A stretch of DNA of 64,000 nucleotides. Origin: Kudoa neothunni. Lineage: Eukaryota; Animalia; Cnidaria. Under the pieces are notes generated by a model that was not told the origin of the DNA, made no database searches, and saw only the letters and a program-made list of their open reading frames with translations. The DNA lies in the NCBI GenBank assembly GCA_964304625.1, contig OZ199838.1, positions 2,479,329-2,543,328 on the forward strand, given 5' to 3'. Below are positions 1-13,003 of the stretch, one piece after another (the first letter of the stretch is position 1; every line of letters begins with the position of its first letter). The translations under genes were made by a program, and so were the position numbers.

Positions 1-42
1 GCCCACCAAAATGATTAAAGAATTCCACGCATTAAAAAATAC

Positions 43-3000
43 AATGTTTCCCTGGAAATAGTGGTGCGCCATTAAACATTTCAACGAATATACACGCCAC
101 ACTCCATATATCAATGGCCAACGTGTAGTTTTTGGAGTTGAGCATGACTTCCGGAGCTCGGTACCATCTGGTTGCCACATATTCGGTCATTGCGTCATCG
201 ATATCTTCTACAGATTGAACTGATTTTGCCAAACCAAAATCACATATCTATTCCAATATAAAAAATTAGATTAATCTAAATATCCAAAAAAACTTCGTAT
301 ATCATTTTTCAACTAAAACTTCTAATAAATTGTTGAAGAATCATATCTGCTTACAACAACTGCTATTTTTTCTCATGTAGCCAATACATTTTTAAAATTA
401 ACGTGAATAATGTGATCGATACCGAATGAGAATTTTTTATTTAATATTTATTATTGATAAATATTTTAGTCGAATACATTCAAAATTCATTACTAATGTT
501 AACTATTGTTTATTTATTATAGAATAACTCTTTAATATTAGTTCTCCAATTTTCCGATCAAATACTAATAAAATCATAAAAAAACATGTATGTAAAGTGT
601 AACTATATAAATTTTTGTAAATTTTAAGAAAATGGAATAAAAAAAATTGTAGGTCGAATTATTTATTTCTCAGAATTTTATAAAATCATCCTTGATATAT
701 AGCAAGTTTTATTAGCTGAATTTAAAAATTACTGATCCGACTATTAAATAAGAATACAAATGCCAATACAAAATTTGACATAAACCATAAACCTATCAAA
801 AAAGGAAAACTATTCAACATTCCAGTTTTATTTTTATTTAACTCTAGTGTGAAGCCCCGATTTCTCCGATTATACAAATACTTTGAATTAAATAATCCCT
901 TTACGTAAAAATTACACTAATACTTTCATTTAATTCATAGGAAGGATTAAATTAAAAAATATTAAAAGTATTTTACTTTCTACAGTTGTGATATATAAAA
1001 TTGAAAATAAGATCGTTTCGTGGAGAACATAAACTAGCAAAACTTATGCAGCTAGAAGATAACTTAAGAAAATTATTTGTTAGCTCAAATTAATAACACT
1101 TTATCCGATATAAGCTTTAATATACTCTTGATTACAAAATGGTTAAGCGGCACAGTATATCAACCTATATAATTAAATAATTAGGTAAAGTAAAAATAAA
1201 ACGTTTTTAATGAATTTAATTGCTGAAAGTTTAATTTAACATGCGGCCTCAATTTAATCTATGGTCCTAAACCTAGAATTAGAAGGCTTTAATCTACCTA
1301 TTTATGATATATATTACTATTCCATAATTGAATGAGAAGATTTAAACCATTAATAAAAATTCTCAAAGTATGCTTGTCAAGTAAAATATATTTATGAGTC
1401 ACATATATAAGGGATGTAATTGTGTACACCTTATGAAATGGACACCGAAGTTCCGTATACAGATAGATGAAAATATTAAGTTAACGTTTGATTATAATAT
1501 GTAAGAAGGACGTTAACTTCAACCATCACCTTCAAATAAGAACTTGTACTCCCGTTGTTTTGATGATAACTTATAATTGAACTTTTTAATCCGGCCAACG
1601 AATTTGAAACCGGTAAATAAGTATTTCCTTTTTACTTTCAGGGCTTTTCATGATGTCGTGACAATTAAAATAATTTTTTCTGAATCTTTAATGATTAGGA
1701 GTTTTCAATATTCATATGATCTAAGTATTTATGTATATACATATAAATTGTTTTGTTTGTCAGTCGGTGTGCATTTAAGTGCCACCTGCTGCAGAATTTT
1801 CTCCGGATAGGACGAAGTTTGTGAAACATTCGAAATTTAAGATACTTAAACAATTATTTTATATATTATGAAAACTTCAAAAGCTTTAAAATTAACTAAG
1901 AATGGCAATTTTATTTTTTTGTAATTCCGTATAATCTTTTAAATTTTATTTATCACATTTTTCACAAACATGAAATTTAAGCAAATTTTTTAGTTAATCC
2001 TTTCTTATAGGGATCAAAATAAATTTTAATAATGAATATTTACAATCATGCATGCTTAAAACTGCGAAGTGTACTTTATTGATTAATGTATATACTTTGA
2101 AATATGACCTTATTTTCGTCAAAATTAAATAAATTTGAATTTATTTATAATACTGTCGCGTGATAATGTATTATTTTAAGTTAATTTCAAATAATAACGA
2201 TAAGAAATATTTTTAACAATAAATAATGAATTAAATATCTGCCCAAATACAAAAAAAGTTGGATCAAATCTGTAGACTTCATCACGGGATTAATTTTTAG
2301 TAAAATAGCTTATTTAAATTAATTTAAAATAGAATAAAATTAGGGATTAAATATTTTTTAACCATAAGCAAACATATGTTTAAAATTTTATTCAACCGCA
2401 TTTTGTTCAGTTGCCATTTACTACATTGATTTTTTGAAATTTTCATAAAATTTCAACACCTAATCTAGAATTCTTGGAAAACTATCGTTAGATTTATCTA
2501 GATTTTTACATAATTCAGATCCAAACCTATTAGAATTAAAATATTCTTTTAGTTAAATTAAATAACTAAAACTAAATTCAATAATTGGGTAACATAGGTA
2601 AAAGTTTCAGCGGGGAAGCAATAATAAAATCTACAGACTATCAGGAAATAATTAGAAAAATTAATATATAAAAATCTCTTCTATAATTATAATTGCATTA
2701 TCATATCTAGCACAAAGGTCAGTTTTAAGGTTACAATTAAATTACTTTACTAAAGTTTACAGAGAAATTAAAACCTAAACGGATTCAACACAAGCGCCCC
2801 TAAGAATTTAGAATCTATATTGAATAGGCGAAATATAAGACTAATAAAAAATCAAAAGTAGAATAAATCATAAAATAGTATTTAGTAGTATTTAACTTTA
2901 CGGATACGTATTTTTAATTAAATTCATTAGATTTCTAATCTCATCGTATCCTAGTGTCATAAGTAATTTCTAAAATATTTAATGCCAGTCAAACGTTACT

Positions 3001-3979
3001 TGTTAGGATATTTGTAATAAAATTATTTTCAAAATTTTAATAACAACCACCAATAAAATAAATTATGCATAATAGATCAAATTTTTTATTATACATTTAG
3101 TTTTTATGTTAACGTTAACAAATTACTCTAAATGAAATTTCCAAATATATATTTACTTGTTTGAAAATACAATCATCAAAAATATTATAATTAATTTAAT
3201 TAATTAATCATTATCACTTGCAATGCAAATTGTAATGAAGAGTCTTTTTAGCTCATCAATTAATATCAATGTAACTACGTCATAAAGTTGTAAAAACGTG
3301 AATAATTAAATTTAGTCAATTATCACATTTACATCATTAAAATATTTTTAGATTATCATATCAATTCGTAATATTCAATATTACTCTTAAATCGCAGTTG
3401 GAGTTGATCAACAGATTGCTTGGTTTCAAATCTCTGTGGATTATGTTCGCAGAATGTATGTATTTCAGACCTCGAAATATTTGATAGGCGAAATAGCTGA
3501 TGTGTTCCAAGGTGAGTTTCTGAAGGGTTAACAATTTTTGGAGATCGGTTTCCATCAAAATTTGAGCAAGATAAACATTTTTCATCTGATCAAACGATTC
3601 GTTGGTGAAAATATTGTACATAAAGATGATCTACATTAGAAATGTCATTAACTAGGCGAGACGAAAATTACATTTTCATGGTTGAACATTTTTAGGAGTT
3701 TGATTTCACGATATGTCCTTTGACAGATAGTTTGATGTTCAAATGGAGAAAGTTTTTTAATGGCCACTCTTTCATTTGTAGTTGTGTCAAGAGCAGAACT
3801 ATTAAAATATTTACGACATTAATATGGAGGTGGCAATAAAATGAAACCAATTACCAAACCATTCCGTAGGATCCCTCTCCAAGAAAGCTGAGATTCGAGT
3901 AACGAGGACCAACATGAAACACGGATCCCCGAACAACTTCTATAGTTTCCCCATTTTCTTTTAACACATAAGAATCCAT
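43..3979 (-). CDS. MAPK1: ERK1/2-type MAP kinase, 5' part (gene continues beyond the window start)
   Basis: Hand-spliced exons 3979-3855, 3798-3672, 3630-3385 and 247-43 with GT-AG introns give [18 protein letters not shown]...[10 protein letters not shown]...[23 protein letters not shown]...[10 protein letters not shown]...DFGLAK...[23 protein letters not shown]...FPGKH. The TEY activation loop and the PFEHQT motif identify the ERK1/2 class. Confidence 0.95.
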
Positions 3980-5719
3980 AGACAGATTTTAAAGATGGTT
4001 GATGTGGGAGTGATGATAGAAAATGAGCAAAAACTCCAGTTATCTGAACGCCACAATAAATAGGAAACTTGAGTGTGGGCGTGTACGATTGATTGAAATT
4101 GACAGACCAATCAATATTCACAATGGAAAAATAACTTTTGTCAATAGAAAATTAGTTATAATCGGGATCAAAGGGATGAAGTCGTCACGTCGGGTGTACG
4201 ATTTTTCAAACCGTTGCGTTAGACAAAAACAACATTACCGATGTAAGCGAAAAACGACGTTCGAATTTCATTATCATCGTTTTAACTATTTAATTCTGTA
4301 AACTATTGTTCTATGGCAGCTCTACCACATTTTTAATAGTTTTAAGATTAAAACGACCTTTTGCCGTCCATTCATATTAAATGCTTTGAATATTCATTCT
4401 CGAAACCTCCTCATTAACCACAAACTTACGAATTCTCATTTTTATTCTCCACAAATTTAGAATAAGTATTATTTATAGTATTGAAAACGTATCTATTTGT
4501 CATTAATAAAATGAGACGACCATATAAGTTTTTTCTACAATTTCTAGAGAATAAATTTTTTTATTTAAAAAAGTTAGATCATACATATTATTATTACTTA
4601 TTTGAGCAGTCACTTTATAAACAAAATATTACATCACGTATAATAATCAATCTTTCAAAGAGTAGATAAATATCACCGTATTATATGCGATTACGAATGT
4701 ACTTTCATTTTGTTATTTGCTCAAATTAACGTTTAATATTATTGAACACATTTGTTTAGTTGATTGGCGAGATTTAAATTTAATTTTCATCCTTATGTTA
4801 TTTATAATCAGGTAATTTTATTTAAATCGAGCAATAATTTTTATGTGCTATATTTATTTGATAATTGAACTGCGTATTGTGTTACATAGTATACCGCCAA
4901 CCGGCTAACTAACATTAGGTAATTGTCTTTAAATTGAGAATAGTTACAAATTTCGTTACTTTAATTAAAACCATTTAATTATTAAATTTTGGCAATTCCA
5001 CACGTATTAGCTGTGAATATATATCTTCTTTAAATCTACTCAATGTCACCATAAATTTAATTTTAAATAATCATTAAAAATTTATTTATTTATTTATTTA
5101 TACGTTCGAAATAATAATTTATAATTTTCCAGTTGAATTAACTAAAGAATGCAAAATATTATTTTGATAAAATAATCGGATTAAAATAATTATACAAATA
5201 TTAGTGAAATAGAAAATGTCATCAAATAGGGAATAAGAGGCGGAAAAAGTTCTTGATGCATTCAGTAATTCTTCATAAGTGATTCATCAAGTTTTTGGAT
5301 CTTTCCGGAACGACAAAATTGTAACCACATTTGACGATGCTCAAATATATAACCAAGTTGACACCATTACAATTTTTTCAAGTATTCGAAATATTAACAA
5401 CCTGTCGATATCAATACCAAGTTTTGCGTTGGTTGGTGAATTTTCCTGTGTAATAATTCAACTAAATATTTATAAAATATTCTATTAATTATTAATCACC
5501 GAACGAATTTGTTATTTGTTATTTAAAACACATTTTTAATTGAATAAGTATAAAATACATCGATTGTATCAACTTATTATTGAATGGGATAATACTCTCC
5601 TGAATAAAATGGTGGAATTTAACGTATTAAATAAACCCATTTTATTATATTAATTAAATTTAATAACAACTAAGTATATTTTATTGGATCAAATAATGAA
5701 CGTTAAAATTTATTTTTAA

Positions 5720-7617
5720 CCCTTAATAAGTTTATTGTTAATGTTGAAAGTTGGACGTATAAGGAGAGAAAAAAAATTATTCTATTAATAGATAAGATTG
5801 AATATTAATTTTTTTAATTTGTTAATTATTATTTAAAAAATAATATTTTGTTCATATCAAATAAACATATATAATTAGGGATCGTAGTTTTCAATTAAAA
5901 TCGATTTTAGTCGTCGAATTTTTAGATGTGTTTCGAAGTCTATTTTCTGGGAAAATTTGAAATCTTTCGAATAACTTGAAATGGGTAGTAACCGGAGGAA
6001 AACTGATAGTTTACTTGTTGAATAGATCGACAGAGAGAAGGTGGAATATGAATTTGTTTGTAAATATTGCAACGTGAAATTATCTCTACAACATAATAGA
6101 ATTTACAAAAAAATAAAATAAAAGAACATTTTTTAAAAATGCTCAAGACATTTCTCTGCCAGTTATTTACGTAGAGATAGAAAAAATAGCAAAATTGGGG
6201 TAAATTTGGCTCCTGCTATTGTTCTCGACGTTCTTCCACTATAGCTTTTAGAAAAAAAAGTTTGTTGTTAGGAGCTTATGTCAAATTTTTTTAATTTGTA
6301 ATATTTAAATGTTCACGCATACGTACTGATAAATCAACCAAAATAAACATCGAAAACTATCATCCCTATAAGTAACTATTAATTTAATATTCGATGCTTT
6401 CTATAAAAAATTATACATTATTTCTGACGCAATAAACTTAAAGATCTTTCCATATTTTACTTTAATATGTGGTTTGTTCAATAATCAACAAAGAATGGTT
6501 TAAGGAGTTTTCAGTATTTACTTGTGAGAACTGCTTAGCATCGCCAGGGCTCGGAAATATTCTGGATTGAAAAATCTTTTAAAAACATTCACAACTAACA
6601 TTAAAAGTTTCATTTAGTACATAAAAAGAATTAAGATAAAAATATTTTAAAGTACGATACTTTAAATATTGAGATTAGTGAAATGAAAATTGACCTTTAG
6701 AATCTATCTTGGGATTCACGAACCCACAACGAACAAAATTTTCTGTAATTATTAAGTTTAGTCTATTTGGTTAAAAATCAATGTAAACTTCAAAATAATC
6801 TTCTCCTGTCGAATAAAACCCATTCCTCATTAATTGGTTTTTATAAACATTTTACATTGGTGTCATGATTCCTAAGTGTTGGTCCGTAATATTAATCGCA
6901 TCATAAAATCACACTGCGAATGCATGTCTAATAAAAAAAAAACAGAATATGGTTTTTGATTATAACAAAAAATTCGGTGTTGATACTATGGATGAATGTG
7001 TTTCTAAGCAAATTTTGAAAGCAAAATGTAACCGCTGTTCATATGAAATATTTTCGTAATTAACGATTTTACTGAGTTAAATGTCTTCATAAGTTTCAAA
7101 GAAGTCCAAAGAATCTGTGAAGTGATAAATCATTGTTGACGCGATATTGTTAATGTATTTGCCGATGTAGTTACTTAAACCACTCAAAGGTAGAAGGATC
7201 AGCCTACTAATAATATATCGAAAAAATACCAATAAACGACCCCTACAAGTAATTGAATATAAGTTGTACAATAGTTGTAACTCAAAACGTGTGAATAACC
7301 AACAAATGAAGTGTAAACATTGTACGTATTGTCCTCGGATTTTAAAAAGAAGGAATGAACAATACTACAGAATATGCAAGAGATACATTTGCAACAATCA
7401 CTGTGATGACGAATTAGAAGGTTTAACTGTGATTTTATAATCTTACCAATATTGTTTTATCCTAAATCTTGTTATCCTTTTCAAAAAAGCTTCCGACTTC
7501 CCTATGCATAAATAGGATTGATTATTATAATCCAGTTGTTGTTGAAATTTAAACCACTGGAACCTTGAACCCCAAGGTTAGTCTCTATATGAGTGCTCGA
7601 ATCGTAGCTATTAAGGG
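5720..7617 (+). mobile_element. Heavily decayed piggyBac transposon
   Basis: Fragments read ...MVFDYNKKFGVDTMDEC (about 6945-7000; compare YNxTKGGVD) and a C-terminal Cys-rich tail KCKHCTYCPRIL...ICKRYICNNHC (about 7305-7410). The left end is TTAA|CCCTTAATAAG at 5716 and the right end is GCTATTAAGGG at 7607-7617. Many stops and frameshifts. Confidence 0.65.
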
Positions 7618-8360
7618 AATAACTAAAAATGCCTTATTTTTGTATTATTATTATTGAGGGTATTAGATTTTTAACATCTTATGTGATCATTGTAAAACTA
7701 AATATCAAACAGCATTATTAAACAAAATAAACAGTTGTATGAGGTCATTATTTTAATGATTATGCATATGCATCTTTTAGTTTAATAATCTAAGATTATA
7801 ACTTAATTATTTTCTATAGACAACTTTTCGAAATAATTTTAATGGACATCATAAAGTAAAGTCCGATTGACAAATGATTAAAAACCTAACACCATTAATA
7901 TTTTTCTTGCATTTTAACTATGATCACGATCATACCTCATTGTAGCTTAAAAAATTAATATTTTCATTACTTATTTGTTGCTATTACATCATTCTATGGT
8001 ATGATAAACATCTTTGATTAATAGATAAAAATTATCTGACTATCCGATTATTAGCTTATATACTTAAAAAACAGAAACAAATAATCATTGTTTACGCGTT
8101 TATAAATATTTTCATGATTCAACATTTAAGTTAACAATCATTTTGGTAGAATAATATATTAAATTTTTTGACTATATAGCCGTATATTAAAAAAATACAA
8201 TTAGCTGCATCAATAAGATGTTTAATAAATTTTCCAATAACTTATCCATAAATATTACTTAAAAGTATATTTGAAGTTCACTTAAATATTAAACTAATTG
8301 AATTAGCTTAATATAAGTGGATTTTATGGATTAAGCGTACTTCGTTAAAAGTTGACATCA

Positions 8361-11263
8361 ATGAGTCACGACAAAAATCAAGTAGGACTACAGGCTCTGT
8401 TTTTTGAATGTCGGACATTTTTCAATAATTTAATGTTTATTCTTATTCTAAAATTTATAAAATCTTACTACTTTTGCCATTTATAACGAAAGTTAGTTCA
8501 ACCAGTAATTTTTGATCATTCACTTGTCGTTCCACTCAATAAATTGATACAATTATTGATGCTGTCCCTTAAAATAATAAAATAAATCAACTGATCATAT
8601 TTTTAGTTTTACCCTGACCTTTCGAAAGGTCGGCCTAAATCAAAAAACCCCGAGGTATCAGGTTATCCTACAGCTCCTGGAATTGCACAACCAAATTATG
8701 CACCTTATTCTCCTGGTGCAGCTCATCCTCCCCCAGCCAATTGGGGAGCATATCCACCGCATTCTCCAGGAGGGGCATATCCTCCACATTCTACAGGAGG
8801 TGCATATCCACCACAACCAGCCGGAGGAGCATATCCTCCACATTCAACTGGAGGAGCATATCCACCACATTCTCCAGGAGGGGCATATCCACCACATTCT
8901 CCAGGAGGGGCATATCCACCACATTCTCCAGGAGGGGCATATCCTCCACATTCTACAGGAGGTGCATATCCACCTCAACCAGCCGGAGGAGCATATCCAC
9001 CACATTCAACTGGAGGAGCATATCCACAACATTCAACTGGAGGAGCATATCCACCTCAACCAGCCGGAGGAGCATATCCACCACATTCAACTGGAGGAGC
9101 CTATCCATCACATTCGCCAGGAGGAGCATATCCACAACATTCAACTGGAGGAGCCTATCCATCACATTCGCCAGGAGGAGCATATCCACCACATTCAACT
9201 GGAGGAGCCTATCCATCACATTCGCCAGGAGGGGCGTATCCACCCCAACCAGCCGGAGGAGCCTATCCACCTCAAACAACTGGAGGAACTTACCCTTCTG
9301 CTCCTTATCCCACATCGGCTCCAGCGGGTCATACGACATATCCAGCAGGTAAATAATTTGTTCATTCACACAAGGTTCCTAATGGCGCTAAATTTCGCGC
9401 AAGAAAGTTTGCGAGAATTATTATTGTTTGAAGTTCGAGAATAACTCAATAATTATTTATTAACCACACCTAAGAATACTTTTTTTGTAAAATGATCGCA
9501 TAAAACAAATACTTTGTTATTATTTAATTCTAAAGTAACTTGATCGTGATGGTTCACAATTATAGCATTTTTTAATGTAAAATTAGTTAATATATTAAGT
9601 AATAACCAATGTAACTTAAATAATTTCGAGAGTGTTTTTTTCTTCCATTTAACTATATCTATTATGCCGAACTAATGATTTTCTATTTTGATGATTTAAA
9701 CGGAGATTTTTGTTGATATGGCATAAAATTCTCCAAAAATCATGAATTTGCATTTAGGACATACGCAAAAATTGGGCGCCGTTGCACCCTTGGTATCTAA
9801 CGACAAAAACTTTTACACGAACTATAATAATTGTAGAAACCAACCTTGAAAGCTGTTGGATCATTCGATCCAGCTTCCGATTGCAGAATTTTATACAAAG
9901 CATTCAAAGGCATAGGTAATTAGAACTTAATTTTCTTGGCATTGAACTCACATATAGGATGCGATGATGGAGCCGTAAGAGATTTGTTGACACACCGTAG
10001 TCTTCAGCAACGTTTGATGATCAAAGATCAATATGAAAAACTTTATGGAACAGTAAAAGGCGCTATTATAATTAAATGAACTAATAAAAGCATAGCCTTT
10101 AATGAAAAAAATGAAAAGCGAGCTAATGGGCGAAAGAGAAAAAATGTTAAAAGCGTTGATAATGGATCATGTAGAGAGGGATGCATATTACGTTCGGGTG
10201 GCAGTGAAAGTACATTGAATCATAACAGTGTTGTTGCCAAGGGCTTGATAAAACCAAATTTAGCACCTCGGAACAGACGAAAATTGTCTCAACACTATTT
10301 TGGGTACCAGCTCAAACAAGGTGAGTATTAATATACGAATATAACATAATATTTTTCGTGTAGGACCTACACGCGATAAAAGCATCCTATTCCAAACGTA
10401 TTTATGCTATTTCAGAAGAAACTTGCACATATAAACTTTAAGAATTCTCTCGAGATATTGTGAAAGATGTCAAGGACGATACATCCGGAAATTATATGAA
10501 TGCTCTCGTTGAGATTTTGAATGTAATTACCCATTTTAAATAATTTATGAGACTTCATCTTGAAAATATTTTATATAGGCAAATCGAAGAGAAAACGTAG
10601 TACCTCATCCGGATGAAGCACGTAGATATGCTAACGAATTACACAACGTAATTAGAACAATATTTTTGCACAAGACTGATATAGTATTTAGAGCTGTAAG
10701 GGATTGGTAAACAAGAAACATGATGTTCACATTAAAATATTGTGCAATGAAAGTTTTCAAATGATCCATCTAATTGATCTTGAAACTAACAAGGTAGATC
10801 TATATAAAGTAGTAACCAGTTGTTAATTTCCAATGAAGCTCTACGGTTATTCTCTTCTCAAACATGTTGAGAAACATTTCATGGGCAATATAAAAAACTT
10901 GCTCTACGATATCTGTAATAATTGAATCTACTTAAATAATAAATAGATCCGATTTTAACTACAAATTTCAACAGGTGAATTTTCAAGCTCATCCTACGAT
11001 TATTATGCTGGTAGGCTTTTAACCGCGATAATTGCACACGATGTCCGATCGGTCGTAAGACTCATGATCAGCAGATGTGATGTAAGTCTCCAAAGTACTA
11101 ACTGAAAAATTCAATTTTTTTTAATGTTTAGATTGATCTTGGAAATATTTTGGATGTTGTCCAAAAGTTTAAAGGGAAGAAAATCATGGAAATTGTCGAT
11201 CAAAGCATTCCTGAATTGGATAGTTTTATGAGGAAGGCGTTGTTGGCACTGGCGGCTTGTTAG
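8361..11263 (+). CDS. Annexin with long Gly/Tyr/Pro/His-rich N-terminus (annexin A7/A11-like architecture)
   Basis: Exon 1 is probably MSHDKNQ (8361-8381, phase 0) and joins the repeat exon 8607-9348. About 11 short exons follow, encoding KPTLKAVGSFDPASDCRILYKAFKGIGCDD...HRSLQQRLMIKDQY...HLGTDENCL...DVKDDTSGNY...RLMISRCDIDLGNI...KALLALAAC*, i.e. four annexin repeats. Stop at 11261-11263. Confidence 0.92.
8741..9290 (+). repeat. Coding tandem repeat, 27-nt unit, about 20 copies (GGAYPPHS[T/P], GGAYPPQPA)
   Basis: Unit ggaggagcatatccaccacattcaact and variants, lying inside annexin exon 2. Confidence 0.95.
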
Positions 11264-13003
11264 TAAATCGTCGTTTGAATCGATTTATCATATCCATTTC
11301 CGGATTTCACTTATTTTTGACAGATTTATTGGTTTAAAATTTCAAATTTTCGGCATAAATATTTTTTTTTCAAAATGAGTATGTAATTTAAATATCCATC
11401 AAATTATTGTCATACCGCAAATATCGTTAATTCTAGAAATCAATAAATATTCGACTAGAATAAATAAATTGACTAGGGTTGATATTGGTAATTTTTTATT
11501 TTTACAACGTATATTCTAAATAAATTAATGTGATTCGTTTGTTTTTTTGTAATTTCACATCTATTCATACTCATATAATAAGACTTTAAAATTAATTATT
11601 CATGAATAATTGTATTTATACAGTCTAAATAAAATGTTTGTCAACGTAGTTCAATCTTTTTGAGCCGGACGTCAAATTTCGGGCATTGGAAAATCCAAGA
11701 AACATCAAAAATCATTTATAGGTCAGATTTTTCAATAAATTTAAAAATCCTGAAACGGTAAAATATGTATATATATATATCAAAATTTTAACATAATGTT
11801 CGTCCAGTGCCACAAAGTAACTACAATGACTCAGAATTTGGCATAACAATTTTAATTTCTCTTTCGATTGTGTAAAATGCATAACTCACTTTATTTGGGG
11901 GCTAGAGTTTGTGCTTGATATATTTTGAACGTTAAACTGAATTATGGATACAGATACAAAGTTTACGTGAGAAATAAGAAATGGCTTAAAACGCGTTTGT
12001 TCTAAGAAATATTTCTTTATATAATTCGAATAATTATAAGAATGATAATAAGTTATTATATTTTTTGCAAAAAATTTTAATAACCCCATATGACATGTGA
12101 TCCAGTAAATTTCGGGTAAATCACCGCTTCCCATGCAAATAAAAAAATTCGAAAATAAATTTTTTCTGTAACAAATTATTCAGTAAAGGAAATCATTAAT
12201 AAATTTGAAAAAGGTGATAAATTTAGTAAATGGTTATACATTTTATTATTATAATATTTTATGTCTGAGATATTGATTCTTTGTTGATTAATTTTGAATT
12301 AAATAGTTATTCTAATAATAATAATATTATCATCAAACGTTTTAATTAATTATTCAATAAAAAATATTTTTCTTTAAATGTTTAATATAAATTAAATCAT
12401 GTTATAGCTCTCGTGTTTAAATTTATAATTATAAATATAAAAAACACAAATAATCCAAAAAAATTCAAGAAATTGTATATAGTTTTAATCAATTAAATAA
12501 AGCCAGATTAAATAACATTTAAAAATATTTACATCTAAGTTTATTCATAAATTCACAAAATGCTAAAAAGCCAGATTAATCCTTAAATTAAAAAAATTTG
12601 AAATTAAGGTAGATTTTTGAGTGACTAACTAGAATTATGAAGCGATAGTATGACGAACATTTTCCCAAGATAATCATATTCCCGCACATCATAACAAAGA
12701 ATGACGATTATGTTAATACTAATGTTACTATTCTTAAGAAAATAGAAACAAAATATTAATTCATTACGAAGACTACATATACACCGACGATTATCTAAAT
12801 AAATTTTGCCGATATTATATTGAAGGTGACAGACTCAAATATATAAAGGAGGGTTATAAATAGATCGAAAAACGCGGATTTAGAGATTCTCAATTATTGT
12901 ATTCGCTTAGTGTTACCCTTGAAAAAAACAACAACCAAGAACACTACGACACGCGAGTATTCGTTAATACACACGTTAAACCAAGGAATTAAGACAAAGA
13001 AGC

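Noticed and set aside
1500-1830. Possible integrase relic (SYHQNNG on the minus strand) or gene at ORF 1577-1810
   Set aside because: Only one weak motif, and no catalytic residues in frame.
4023-4301. Divergent 92-aa ORF upstream of ERK
   Set aside because: No recognisable domain or splice continuation. It is likely 5' UTR/promoter sequence.
8741-9290. CRISPR-like array
   Set aside because: The units are contiguous with no unique spacers, and the context is a eukaryotic coding exon.
8658-9444. ORFs 8683-9444 (His/Ile/Glu-rich), 8741-9352, 8953-9369 and 8658-8843 as separate or overlapping genes
   Set aside because: They are alternative-frame read-throughs of the stop-free 27-nt repeat. 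The GGAYPP frame is the one that splices into the annexin core.
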